Shown here piece after piece: positions 49,142 through 59,068 of a stretch of DNA of 64,000 bases. This DNA is from Candidatus Thorarchaeota archaeon. GTDB taxonomy: Archaea > Asgardarchaeota > Thorarchaeia > Thorarchaeales > Thorarchaeaceae. The position numbers were made by a program, and so were the translations under genes. Position 1 is the first letter of the stretch, and every line of letters begins with the position of its first letter. The notes beneath the pieces are model-generated. The model ran no database searches, was not told the origin of the DNA, and worked only from the letters and a program-made list of their open reading frames with translations. The DNA is taken from positions 133,265 to 197,264 of the forward strand of contig JAFGAR010000040.1 of the NCBI GenBank assembly GCA_016933575.1, read 5' to 3'.

Positions 49142-51784
49142 TTGAGTAGTAGGATTCGAAGAGATGTACAGACACAGAGTACAGTAGAGGCTATACGGAT
49201 GGCATCAGCATCCGTTCTGGGATCTACAACCGGATTGGGATATCCAGTGGGTAGTGCAATGGGCGTTGGCAGTATGCTTGAGCAGCATTCTGACACAGTA
49301 TCAATGAATATTGCTCCCCTCATATTCTCTATTCGTGATACACTCATGTCTTCAGAAGGCTTGGAGCTACTGTCTATAGAATGGAACTTGGAACGCAAGC
49401 CCGGTCCCGGTGTATTACCAGAGCAATTAGTCGTCACTGGTGGTTCTGAAGGAGGAGTGGGCTCTCATGCATGTATTCTTACATGGGAGAAAGGAGTTGT
49501 TGATCCTTTCAAAATTGACCAGTATGTTAGTACTCTCTCTAAGAAAATTGGCGATATCGAGTCTGCGGTAATAAATAATGAGATGAATTATGAACTTGAA
49601 GGACTAGCGATAATTCAACGATTTGTTGATAGACTTAATCGTGTCCTTTTCGTTGATATGATTGACCGAAGATTCCAAGGATCTTGGGATTCATTTCAAA
49701 TAAAATCCGAACATGTTGATATTGAAGCAATTGCCAAAATGTCTGTATATGATGATTTTACATTATTGCCTCCTGGATTGAAAATATCCGCTCGAAAGAG
49801 CTTGGATTTTAGGCTCCCTTCATTTACCAGAGGAGATTTGGTGGACCACTTCCAGCATAGAGTATTGACTCCAAGTGCTATCGACACCTTGACTAGAATT
49901 GTTCCTGAAACAGGTCAAGCTATTCTTGAAGAAATGAATACCTACGCCTATGCTATAGAAGAAACTGATGTTGTGGAAGGCGTGATACTAGTATTGAAGG
50001 AGTATCTTCAGACTGATTCAGTGACTCTAACAGATTTTGAAATAACTAAACCAAAAATTGCGGAGTTTTCAAATCACTTGAAAGATACCATTGATGCGCT
50101 GGATAGTATCGTGGAACAACACATTAGTTCCGGTAAGAATCTCGGTGTCGAGGAGCATGAAAATGAGCTTCTACATGAAATACAAGATAAAAGTGACCGA
50201 TTTGATGGTGTCAAAAGTACACTTGCAATAGCTCTTATCAAGGAATTAATGAAATCTGTTAGGCGTGAAGCAATCGATGCAGAAGAAGTACGTGCTTGGC
50301 AGCTTAAGAGCACATTGAGTTATGCGGTGGCACATGCTAAGAATGTAAGTAATTACTTTTCAGAGGAACTCGATCAATATCTTGTTTCATCGGCTGCTAA
50401 GAGTGCTTTCTTCACTGCGTTACGCGATTTTCGCCAAGAAATTATCCAGAAGGGATTGGACTCCACTGAAACAATGCTCTTTGAGAAATTCTATGCTGAA
50501 GTGCGTTCACAACTAAATGCTGCTTTTTCAAGAAAGACGTATGGAGGGCTCCAGTACAGTGGTTTCAAACAGATGATGGATGCAATCACACGAGAGATGA
50601 TTGATTCCTTCAAGCATATTGATGTCTGGAATCTGATTGACTTTTCTGATGTTGCTGACATTGCTCGTTCTGAGATTCAAAAGAAACATTCAGTGCCATC
50701 ACCTGATGGAGCTCTAACAGCTGATGGCAAAGCTCTCATGGATTTATTGACTGAATTTCAAACCGCAGTTTCTGATATTATTCCTGATGTTGCTGATACA
50801 ATATTATCAAAACCATTGATTCGCCGGATGATTGAAAAAATGAAATCCGACGGAACAAAGTTGGTAGATGAACTGGCTTCAGCCCTTGAAGGAGCTGGAG
50901 AAAAATCAGATGAATGGAGAAAGGAAGCTATGAGCTGGGTTGAAGGTTTCAGAGAGAGTGTCGATGAAACCAAATCTCAATCTGAAAGCTTCTTAACACT
51001 CCTCCAATTTGTTCACGAGCTACTTGGTGAGGTCGTATCTGCAAGTGCTATGGCTGATCGTGTCAAGATTGAAGCAGATAAGAGGGAGGCTGTCTTTCAG
51101 ACAAAGTTCAATGAATGGCAATCAATCTGTACTGAAATTGAATCGGAGAATGAAAAGATTCGGGAACGGAGGAGAAGACGGGAAGAATTGATTTCAGAAC
51201 TAACAAATCAGTATGACGCAGATATGAAGTCTTATGAACAGGCAGTCCGGGAGTATCAGGGAAAACTCGAACAAAGAAAAAGTGCCGAGGAAGCCGCCCA
51301 GGATGAGGTCATTGGCACAGTTGAGTTACCACCTTTACCTGTTGAACCACTCAAACCGAAGGATATACAGCCAAGAATCGATGAAATCAAGAATGAGTAT
51401 CCTGCAGAATCTGAGAAGTCCTTTCCACCTGAACCTCAACCTGAACCAAGCTTACGCTATCATGTTGAACTTCGTGACTTGTTATATGATAAATTAACCG
51501 AGCTCAAAGAACGCGAAACTGATATGGAAGAAACATTTGCAAAGCGGATCTTACGGCTTCAATCTGAAGGATTGGGAGTCGCTTCACAAATAAGTCTGAA
51601 TATTGGTGATGATTTCTTAGAGTATCTTAAGGGGTCAAGAATCCGAAGTCTAGGAAGGTTATTTCCTAGAATTTCCCGAGTATTCCTGAGGGATCCGAAA
51701 GAGCCAGATTTACTATTTCTAGTTACATACGAGCATTATGATGGAAATCTAACAGCATCAATAGGGAGTACTTTTCTGAGGTGA
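49142..51784 (+). CDS. Large hypothetical helical/coiled-coil protein
   Basis: 880-aa ORF, GGAGG SD; long coiled coil with Pro-rich segment; no recognisable catalytic motif. Confidence 0.85.
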   Translation: MSSRIRRDVQTQSTVEAIRMASASVLGSTTGLGYPVGSAMGVGSMLEQHSDTVSMNIAPLIFSIRDTLMSSEGLELLSIEWNLERKPGPGVLPEQLVVTGGSEGGVGSHACILTWEKGVVDPFKIDQYVSTLSKKIGDIESAVINNEMNYELEGLAIIQRFVDRLNRVLFVDMIDRRFQGSWDSFQIKSEHVDIEAIAKMSVYDDFTLLPPGLKISARKSLDFRLPSFTRGDLVDHFQHRVLTPSAIDTLTRIVPETGQAILEEMNTYAYAIEETDVVEGVILVLKEYLQTDSVTLTDFEITKPKIAEFSNHLKDTIDALDSIVEQHISSGKNLGVEEHENELLHEIQDKSDRFDGVKSTLAIALIKELMKSVRREAIDAEEVRAWQLKSTLSYAVAHAKNVSNYFSEELDQYLVSSAAKSAFFTALRDFRQEIIQKGLDSTETMLFEKFYAEVRSQLNAAFSRKTYGGLQYSGFKQMMDAITREMIDSFKHIDVWNLIDFSDVADIARSEIQKKHSVPSPDGALTADGKALMDLLTEFQTAVSDIIPDVADTILSKPLIRRMIEKMKSDGTKLVDELASALEGAGEKSDEWRKEAMSWVEGFRESVDETKSQSESFLTLLQFVHELLGEVVSASAMADRVKIEADKREAVFQTKFNEWQSICTEIESENEKIRERRRRREELISELTNQYDADMKSYEQAVREYQGKLEQRKSAEEAAQDEVIGTVELPPLPVEPLKPKDIQPRIDEIKNEYPAESEKSFPPEPQPEPSLRYHVELRDLLYDKLTELKERETDMEETFAKRILRLQSEGLGVASQISLNIGDDFLEYLKGSRIRSLGRLFPRISRVFLRDPKEPDLLFLVTYEHYDGNLTASIGSTFLR

Positions 51785-51789
51785 AATGA

Positions 51790-54228
51790 ATGGCAAGTTC
51801 TTGGGTCTTAAAAACACGACAGGGCAGTGAGGCAGGAAAAGAGATTCTTCTTAGAGAGGCTCTTGTAACTCATATGCGAAGCACTCGAGATCGTCAGCTC
51901 TTTGCTGAAATTCTGAGTGAAACTCAACCTCTGGAGGATGTATTTTCATTCTTTGCATCATTCTACCTCCATAGCTACCAAGGAATTCGATTGCTTAGTG
52001 CCTCTGATTCTCCAGAACTCACAGGCGAAGGCAAGGATGAATTAGGTCATGAAGAACGGCGTCAATTGGAACTGGAAGTGCGCCAATTATTTGGAGACAA
52101 ACAAAGAGAAGAAGTTGACATCGCTCGAATTACCAGTGAATTGACATTAGAACTATGTGATAGGTTGGTCGATACTACACCTTCTCCAGAAATCTTTCAG
52201 ACAATAATTGAGATTGTCAAGAAGTATCTTGGGAAGATTCCATCCGAGTATTCTCCTAATCATGACATTGATCTTATCATTGAGATAACAGGTTGGGGGA
52301 AAGAATGGAGAAATGACCTTTACATGAAAGCCTCAGGACTGAAAGAGAGTGCTTTATCACTAAGAGAAGAATTGCTTAGAGAACATCCCTCTGAAGTTCC
52401 TGAGACCACTGTTCTAAAGATGGGATTAGAGCGAATCTATGGTCGAGTAGAGTACGCTAAGAGTCGATTAGTCACTACCCAAATTCCACCTCGAGGCTGG
52501 GATGAAATCACTAAAGCAATTTCAGAACGATTCTGCAAGAACGGGGAAGAATTGAATGGTGTTAAGCAGGCACATAGAATCAGACTAGAATTTCTTGAAG
52601 CAATTGATGAGGAGTATGACATTCCCACAACAATTGAAGACTATGAACGACGACTTGGTAATGTAGTGATTGGACCTGTTGCGGACATGCTATCCAATAA
52701 ATCAGATTTCATCTTGGATACTCTATCTCATCTACTCAGTATAGAGTCTGATGATTTGAAGGCACAGCTTCGCAGGAAAGGCATTGATGATATGTCCATC
52801 ATTGGGCAAGGTTTGAAATCACTTACAGAAGAAGAAGAAGAAGTTCAAACCGGACCCCAAATCAGTAAAGATGAAATGGAAATGCTTGAGCGTTCATTGA
52901 AGGCTTTGGAAAAGCTTGAGAACACTCTTGAACGACCCGTCAAAGGATTATTACGTTCAAGAGGAATGAGAGCTTCTGAACTTGACAAGATATCCATCAA
53001 TCTTTTCTTAAAAGACCATTCGAGTTTGGTCGGGATTGAGATTGAAGTTCTTGAGGAAATGAAGAAGAAGATGCGAGTTCCTCCTCCAGAAGAAATGAAA
53101 CGGCTAATCGAGATCCGAGAACAAGTAAAGAGTGGAGCTTTGAGTTCTCTGGGTATTTCCACTGCACAAGATTTCAGTAAACAGAGAATCGAAGAGGAAA
53201 CTATTGCCTCGATTCGTCTGGATATAATCTGGCATTTCACCACGAGTATTATCACAAATCTAACACGTGTTGTCGAATCCTACATTCGCTCTAAACAGGA
53301 TCTACTTAGGATAAAGGCTCTTTTGAAGAGTATATACGAGGACACAGATGTCACCCTTCAATTTCTAAGAGAGGAGATACTGATAGATCTAGCTTCAATG
53401 CGTATCTATGAGATGAAAATAGTACATCCCGAACTCGATGCAACCGGAATTTGCACTTGGATGCATGCTCGTCTATCAAGTAAGGATATGATGGCTGCAA
53501 GGAAGGACCTTGAGAATACTCCAAGTCCTGCTTTCGAAGGCATTGTGGACAAACCTCTTGAAATGGATAGCCTCGAATATGATAACTATGCAATAGCCTT
53601 TGACATAATGCAACGTTTTCTGAAGAAGGAACGGCTCGAGAAAATTGCCAAGGAAGAGTACGCATTTGAAGTAAAGCAGAAGGAGCAGGTGGCAATTAGC
53701 TCAAAGAAGGAATCAATCGATGTTTTGATGTATCTACATAACAAAGCTCGCACGGTGTTTCGTGCAATAAGTAGAGTTGGCACAAAAGGTCTTGAATGGT
53801 CTCCAACTGATACAACTAAGTGTGCTAATCTCTTGGCATACTACATCAAAACAAATCGAGGGAGAAAAATCTGTAGTGCTTGCGGTACTGTACCTAAGGA
53901 CAATAAATGTCCGCAACATGGTACCTCTTTCATCAAAGATGCTAATGATATGGAAAACCTATCGATATTCATGATGAGGTCCCTCTATGAAATAAAGGAT
54001 GGGCTTGCCGCTGGTGCTGAGCAGATGCCCTGGGATAAGGCTAAAATAAGCATAGACCGCGAGATTGGAATCCTAAAGCGGAAGGGTAAATTGACATCAA
54101 AGACTAATTTGAAAGAGTTACTTCCTGGTGAGATCAACTATATTGTCGGTCCCGCTATTTGTGAGATTGTTGGCAAATACTTCAATGAATCATTGGTCTA
54201 TGCTGCACGTCGCGCAGACATTGCATGA
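51790..54228 (+). CDS. Large hypothetical helical protein with Zn ribbon
   Basis: 812 aa, 5 nt after previous gene; CSACG...CPQHG. Confidence 0.85.
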   Translation: MASSWVLKTRQGSEAGKEILLREALVTHMRSTRDRQLFAEILSETQPLEDVFSFFASFYLHSYQGIRLLSASDSPELTGEGKDELGHEERRQLELEVRQLFGDKQREEVDIARITSELTLELCDRLVDTTPSPEIFQTIIEIVKKYLGKIPSEYSPNHDIDLIIEITGWGKEWRNDLYMKASGLKESALSLREELLREHPSEVPETTVLKMGLERIYGRVEYAKSRLVTTQIPPRGWDEITKAISERFCKNGEELNGVKQAHRIRLEFLEAIDEEYDIPTTIEDYERRLGNVVIGPVADMLSNKSDFILDTLSHLLSIESDDLKAQLRRKGIDDMSIIGQGLKSLTEEEEEVQTGPQISKDEMEMLERSLKALEKLENTLERPVKGLLRSRGMRASELDKISINLFLKDHSSLVGIEIEVLEEMKKKMRVPPPEEMKRLIEIREQVKSGALSSLGISTAQDFSKQRIEEETIASIRLDIIWHFTTSIITNLTRVVESYIRSKQDLLRIKALLKSIYEDTDVTLQFLREEILIDLASMRIYEMKIVHPELDATGICTWMHARLSSKDMMAARKDLENTPSPAFEGIVDKPLEMDSLEYDNYAIAFDIMQRFLKKERLEKIAKEEYAFEVKQKEQVAISSKKESIDVLMYLHNKARTVFRAISRVGTKGLEWSPTDTTKCANLLAYYIKTNRGRKICSACGTVPKDNKCPQHGTSFIKDANDMENLSIFMMRSLYEIKDGLAAGAEQMPWDKAKISIDREIGILKRKGKLTSKTNLKELLPGEINYIVGPAICEIVGKYFNESLVYAARRADIA

Positions 54229-54321
54229 TTTCAATATTTGATTTGACTTGTGATTTTTTCAACAAGTGTGCAAACGAAGCCCATTTATACGAGCCAGCTC
54301 GTGCAAGGTCTTGGTGATTTC

Positions 54322-55719
54322 GTGAATAAGTTTGTGCCAAAAGGGGTTATGCCTGCGCTTGTGACGCCATTCACTAGAGACGGCGATATTAGTGAGGATG
54401 GTTTCAAACAAGTTATTGATTATACTATCAGTAAAGGTGCAACTGGAGTCGTTCCAGCTGGAACAACAGGAGAATTCTCCTACATGCGAACCGAGGAACG
54501 AAAGAAGCTCTTGAAACTCACAATTGAATATGTTGATGGTCGTGTTCCAATTATCGCTGGTACTGGTCAGCACAGCACAAAGGCATCAGTCGATTTAACC
54601 AAATATGCAAAGGATATCGGTTGCGATGCTGCTTTAGTAATCTCACCATATTTCCTAAGACCTACTGATAAAGGGTATTATGAGCATTATGAAACAATTG
54701 CTAGGAAGGCTGATTTACCAGTAATTATGTACAATATACCTCAATGCACACTTGGAGTACTCACCTCGAATGTTGTTGAAGATTTAGCTGAAGTAGATAA
54801 TATCGTAGGCATTAAAGATAGTAGCGGCAATGTCCCATACATCCTTGAACTTATTCAGAAAGTTAAAGGTAAGATCGAAGTCATTGTTGGTGCAGATGAA
54901 TGTTTCATGTCTGCAGTTGCTGCAGGATCAAATGCAGCAATTCTTGCATCGGCTAATCTTATTCCTCACATCTGGCTTGATATTATGAAACACGTGAGAG
55001 CGGGTAAGATTGATGAAGCTGCCAAGCTCCAAAATTCTGCTCAGACCTTGGCTAGAATCATCTTGAAGAATGGAGCAGCACCACCAGTTAAAGCTGGTCT
55101 AAGAATGATGGGTATCAATGCTGGAAAAAGTAGAATGCCTCTTGATTCAGGAGGAACTTTAACTCCAGAGATAAAAGAAGAAGTTCGTCTTGAACTTGAG
55201 AAACTGGGAGTTCTGGAGCGTGCCAAGTCACCTCCTATTCAAGAAGAAATTCACATCTTAGAAATACTCAAAGAACAGGGAATATCAATTGAGGACGACT
55301 CGAACATACTGGATGCTTCAGCAGCTAACGATACAGTTTCTGTCGGTATTGTCTCAGGAGCTAAGAATGGAGCACTAGGTCGTGCTTTTGTAAGACTGTT
55401 GACAATGGCAAAGACAGGTCATGAAGCTCTGACAGTAATTCTCGAGCCCAATCTACCAGTACGTCCGAGTAGCTTGATGTTGCCCACAAGAAAGATCGAA
55501 TCAATGAGACAAGCATCACTCTTCTACGGACCTGTGCAGTCCGGTGCAGCTCGTGCTATAGCGCATTTTCTTGAAAAACGAAAAATACCTGGAAAATCGA
55601 TCAAGAATGATATCATGATTATGGCGTTAGACATCGACTTGAACACCAGAGACAGGCGTGATCTCACTGCTGCAACACAGAGTGCTGTTGAAACCGCTTT
55701 AGCAGAGATATGGAGGTAG
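54322..55719 (+). CDS. DapA/NAL-family aldolase fused to a Fae-like domain (paralog A)
   Basis: GTTGE, YNIP, GIKDS; C-terminal GHEALTVILEPNL.VRP..L, FYGPVQ (Fae motifs). Confidence 0.85.
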   Translation: MNKFVPKGVMPALVTPFTRDGDISEDGFKQVIDYTISKGATGVVPAGTTGEFSYMRTEERKKLLKLTIEYVDGRVPIIAGTGQHSTKASVDLTKYAKDIGCDAALVISPYFLRPTDKGYYEHYETIARKADLPVIMYNIPQCTLGVLTSNVVEDLAEVDNIVGIKDSSGNVPYILELIQKVKGKIEVIVGADECFMSAVAAGSNAAILASANLIPHIWLDIMKHVRAGKIDEAAKLQNSAQTLARIILKNGAAPPVKAGLRMMGINAGKSRMPLDSGGTLTPEIKEEVRLELEKLGVLERAKSPPIQEEIHILEILKEQGISIEDDSNILDASAANDTVSVGIVSGAKNGALGRAFVRLLTMAKTGHEALTVILEPNLPVRPSSLMLPTRKIESMRQASLFYGPVQSGAARAIAHFLEKRKIPGKSIKNDIMIMALDIDLNTRDRRDLTAATQSAVETALAEIWR

Positions 55720-57204
55720 ATGAGTATGTATGAAGGTAATTATCGGTTTCAAGGTGTCTATCCCGCACTTGTGACACCCTTTGATGAGAATGGAATCAAT
55801 AAGAAACAATATCGTGGACTGATTGAATATGTGATTAAAGCTGGTGCCACTGGAATTGTACCCTGTGGAACTACTGGTGAATTTACTAGCATGAAATTTG
55901 ATGAAAAGGTCGAAGCTATCAAGATTGCTTGTGAGGTGGCAAAAGGACGTGTTCCCGTTCTTGCAGGAACTGGTGCAGCATATACTAGTGACGCAATCAA
56001 ACTCACACGTCGAGCAGCTGAACTCGGTGCATCTGCAGCTTTAGTTGTATCTCCATACTTTCTAAAACCCTCTTCGAAAGAAATCTACGAGCATTTTGAG
56101 AAAGTTGCAAATAACAGTGAGATACCAATCATTGTCTATAATATACCTCAAGTCACTGGTGTTCCAATACATTGGACGCTCGTTGATGGATTACGAGAGA
56201 TTGATGGAATTGCTGGGATGAAAGATTCAAGTGGTGACCTAATCAATCTAACAACAATTCTAGTTCGTCGACCTGAAGGATTCCAAGTTATGGTTGGCCA
56301 CGATGAGGTAGCTCTTCCTGCCCTTGCAACAGGTTGTGACGGAGCAATTCTTGCCAGTGCTAATGTGTTCCCTGATAGATACATCAGGATGCAGGCAGCA
56401 CTAGCAACAGGTGATCTCAAAGGAGCAATGATTATTCAGCGAAGCATTCAGAAAACTGTCCGCATCTTTGTAAACAAGGGCGGCGGAATGGCAGTCAAAG
56501 CTGCGCTTAATATGATTGGTGTTCCTGTTGGTGATGCTAGACGTCCTCTCCAAATCGGTGACTCTCTTGACTACGGTGATCTTGATGAGCTTCGTGCTTG
56601 TCTCGAAGACTTACAGATGATTCCACGAGGTCCTGTCACGTTCAAGATGCATGGTCGTTCACTTGTCGCGGAGAATTATCCCAAGGCCGTGGGTATGGTC
56701 CCTGATACAATAGAGGATCTCACTCTTCTTCATGGAGAAGCTCTCTTTGGAGGGGATAGTGATGTAGCCCATGTGGATCTAGTTCTCGGTATAAAAGACG
56801 GTCCAATGAGTGAGGCTCTTGTTAATGCTGGTAAGATAGTCGACGACACACATCCTTCGAATGTCATCAAAGACCTCGAGTTGACGACTGTCTTTGCTCC
56901 AACTGTCACTATAACATCTGAGAGTCACAAGAAGATGGTGTATGAGGTTGCACAAAAGGCTGTGGCAGATGCTGTGAAGAGGACAATTACCGACATGATC
57001 ATCCCTGAAGAGATGATTAAGGATCTTGTCCTAGCTGTGAATGTCTTTGTTCACCCAAGTGCAGCTAATCCAAAACGAGTGCACATCAATAATTTCATTG
57101 CTACAAGGCATGCGATACGCCGTGCTATTGAAGGTAGACAGAGTGTTGATGAGATTATCAAAAGAAAAGATTCAGCTAGGCATCCATTTGCCTACGGACC
57201 CTAG
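55720..57204 (+). CDS. DapA/NAL-family aldolase fused to a Fae-like domain (paralog B)
   Basis: GTTGE, YNIP, GMKDS; C-terminal GEALFGG..VAHVDL.LG.KDGP, VFVHP.A, N..AT..AI.RA, RHPF (Fae motifs). Confidence 0.88.
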   Translation: MSMYEGNYRFQGVYPALVTPFDENGINKKQYRGLIEYVIKAGATGIVPCGTTGEFTSMKFDEKVEAIKIACEVAKGRVPVLAGTGAAYTSDAIKLTRRAAELGASAALVVSPYFLKPSSKEIYEHFEKVANNSEIPIIVYNIPQVTGVPIHWTLVDGLREIDGIAGMKDSSGDLINLTTILVRRPEGFQVMVGHDEVALPALATGCDGAILASANVFPDRYIRMQAALATGDLKGAMIIQRSIQKTVRIFVNKGGGMAVKAALNMIGVPVGDARRPLQIGDSLDYGDLDELRACLEDLQMIPRGPVTFKMHGRSLVAENYPKAVGMVPDTIEDLTLLHGEALFGGDSDVAHVDLVLGIKDGPMSEALVNAGKIVDDTHPSNVIKDLELTTVFAPTVTITSESHKKMVYEVAQKAVADAVKRTITDMIIPEEMIKDLVLAVNVFVHPSAANPKRVHINNFIATRHAIRRAIEGRQSVDEIIKRKDSARHPFAYGP

Positions 57205-57482
57205 GATAGTTTCCGCAAGTATGAATTTGCTCTCAGTATAAGATTGTGGCCATTTGTTAAGTGGCTATTGACCGAGATAAAACGAAAAAGAGTGTCACAT
57301 ACATTAATGAAAAAATACTAATCCTGTGTCTTCCAGAGTTGCTTTCTAGTGCGCTCCTAAGTCATTTTAAGCCAGCTCATCGTCTGATTCTTCTATATAT
57401 ACCACAATGCAGTATGATATCTTAAGTCTTGCATCCCTCTTAGACTGTCGCGTCATCACAACATCCGTCGGAGAAGCGAGCA

Positions 57483-57653
57483 ATGGCTGAAACTTACATC
57501 ATATGCATCAGCGACATCCCCTCTCGAAAAATACGCAAAAGTGTTCGCGGGTTCCTCGAGAATGAGGATGTCGCAGTTGTCATTGATGATGGACAGACAC
57601 TCGGAGTAACGCTCGAAAAGAACCGGCTTGTCATCAGGCCTGATGACCTGTAG
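57483..57653 (+). CDS. Small hypothetical protein (56 aa)
   Basis: Not in ORF track; MAETYIICISDIPSRKIRKSVRGFLENEDVAVVIDDGQTLGVTLEKNRLVIRPDDL; GGAG upstream; C-ending codon bias; hairpin plus T-tract at 57723-57755. Confidence 0.65.
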   Translation: MAETYIICISDIPSRKIRKSVRGFLENEDVAVVIDDGQTLGVTLEKNRLVIRPDDL

Positions 57654-57772
57654 ATCATACGAAGAGGTTGCGATTGGGCAATCGATTCTCTCTCCTCCCA
57701 ACGTAACTGCTCCACGATTTTGGTGTGAGTTTCAGCCCACACAAATTTTCTCTTTAAATGTTGAAAATAAAA

Positions 57773-57845
57773 TGGCAAATCTCAGCTTGCTCTTGGTTCG
57801 TCATCGCCTTAGCTCAGACAGGGGTAACGGCCTCATCGATTGCCA
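57773..57845 (-). ncRNA. Box C/D 2'-O-methylation guide sRNA
   Basis: UGGCAAU-CGAUGA(C)-GGCCGUUACCCCUGU-CUGA(D')-GCUAAGG-CGAUGA(C')-CGAACCAAGAGCAAG-CUGA(D)-GAUUUGCCA; terminal stem; U-tract follows; D' guide complements 16S h11 GGGGUAACGGCC. Confidence 0.88.
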
Positions 57846-57885
57846 CATATGTGTTGTATATCTTTCCTTATGAAACTGCGCAATA

Positions 57886-59067
57886 ATGAATCAGAACCTT
57901 ATTAGCGTAGAAGACTTCAGGTCTGAATGGGTGAATACTCTCATGAACCAAGCAAGAGTCCTGTCACTTCTGAAAGAGCTAATTGCTACAAACTCTGAAA
58001 ATCCTCCAGGACATGAAGCTGAGGTTGCAAAAGTACTTCGCGACCATATGGAGGCTCATGGGATTTCATGTGTTTCAATCGGTTCTAACGAACGTCCAAA
58101 CCTAATCTTTTCTAGCCATGATGGAGAACGAGGGTCTCTTGTAATGCATGGACATATGGACACTGTTCCTGTCGGAAATCTTGAGAATTGGTCATACAAT
58201 CCATTCAGTTCCGAAATTAAAAACGGATTACTCTATGGTCGAGGATCTTGTGATATGAAAGGACCTGTAGCCGCGATAGCAGAGGCTCTCATTATCTATA
58301 CTGAGGAGCGACACAAGCACCCTCTCTTAGTTCTTAATACATCTGATGAAGAGAGTGGGTGTTCAGGTGCTGAAGAAGTAGCAAAGAGTAACGAGCTCAA
58401 AGGTGTAAAATACGGAGTCTGTGCTGAACCTACCAATCTCCAAATTCTTGTAGGCGAAAAAGGTCTCTTCTGGTCCCGTGTGATTGCCAATGGAAAATCC
58501 GCCCATGGTTCTCGACCCGAGGAAGGTGTTAATGCAATCTCTCTGTGTATGGATGCTATCAGAATTCTCACATCTAATCAATATCCATACGAAACGGACA
58601 AGCATCTGGGTTTCCCAACAATGAATATTGGAACCATTAAGGGTGGCATAAAGGTCAATGTTGTTCCTGATAATTGCGAAGCTCAATTGGATATGCGAAT
58701 AGTAAAGGGTCAGACCCCTGAAGCATTGATCGATCTTATGAATGAACGTCTATATGTTGCTGGATTATCAGACCGAGTGAATGTGCAGTACATCCATGGG
58801 AAACCTGCAGTCTTGACTCCTGAAGATTCAGATATTGTCAAGATTGCTGCTAATGCAGTAGAATCAGTGACAGGAACTCGTCCTGAATTGGGTGTTGCTA
58901 CCTATGGTACTGATTGTTCTGTCTTGCAGCCAAAGAATGGCATTCTTCATGTGATATGTGGTCCTGGTTCCATTGAGCAGGCTCATCAGCCAGATGAATT
59001 CATTCACTTGGATCAGCTTTACCAGTCAGTAGATATCTATCTCGCCATTGCAAGGTCGTTTGACTAA
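57886..59067 (+). CDS. M20 ArgE/DapE-family deacylase
   Basis: GHMDTV, GRGSCDMKG, DEE, EP, AHGS, QAHQPDE. Confidence 0.93.
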   Translation: MNQNLISVEDFRSEWVNTLMNQARVLSLLKELIATNSENPPGHEAEVAKVLRDHMEAHGISCVSIGSNERPNLIFSSHDGERGSLVMHGHMDTVPVGNLENWSYNPFSSEIKNGLLYGRGSCDMKGPVAAIAEALIIYTEERHKHPLLVLNTSDEESGCSGAEEVAKSNELKGVKYGVCAEPTNLQILVGEKGLFWSRVIANGKSAHGSRPEEGVNAISLCMDAIRILTSNQYPYETDKHLGFPTMNIGTIKGGIKVNVVPDNCEAQLDMRIVKGQTPEALIDLMNERLYVAGLSDRVNVQYIHGKPAVLTPEDSDIVKIAANAVESVTGTRPELGVATYGTDCSVLQPKNGILHVICGPGSIEQAHQPDEFIHLDQLYQSVDIYLAIARSFD

Positions 59068-59068
59068 C

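Noticed and set aside
49142-51784. SMC/Rad50 or dynamin-like protein
   Set aside because: No Walker A/B, ABC signature or GTPase motifs
54322-57204. Naming the pair dapA (lysine biosynthesis)
   Set aside because: The DHDPS-specific Arg is missing, both carry Fae fusions, and there is no asd/dapB/lysC nearby
57456-57873. ORF-track ORFs 57456-57701, 57494-57778 and 57628-57873
   Set aside because: Shadows of the plus-strand 56-aa gene and the C/D sRNA
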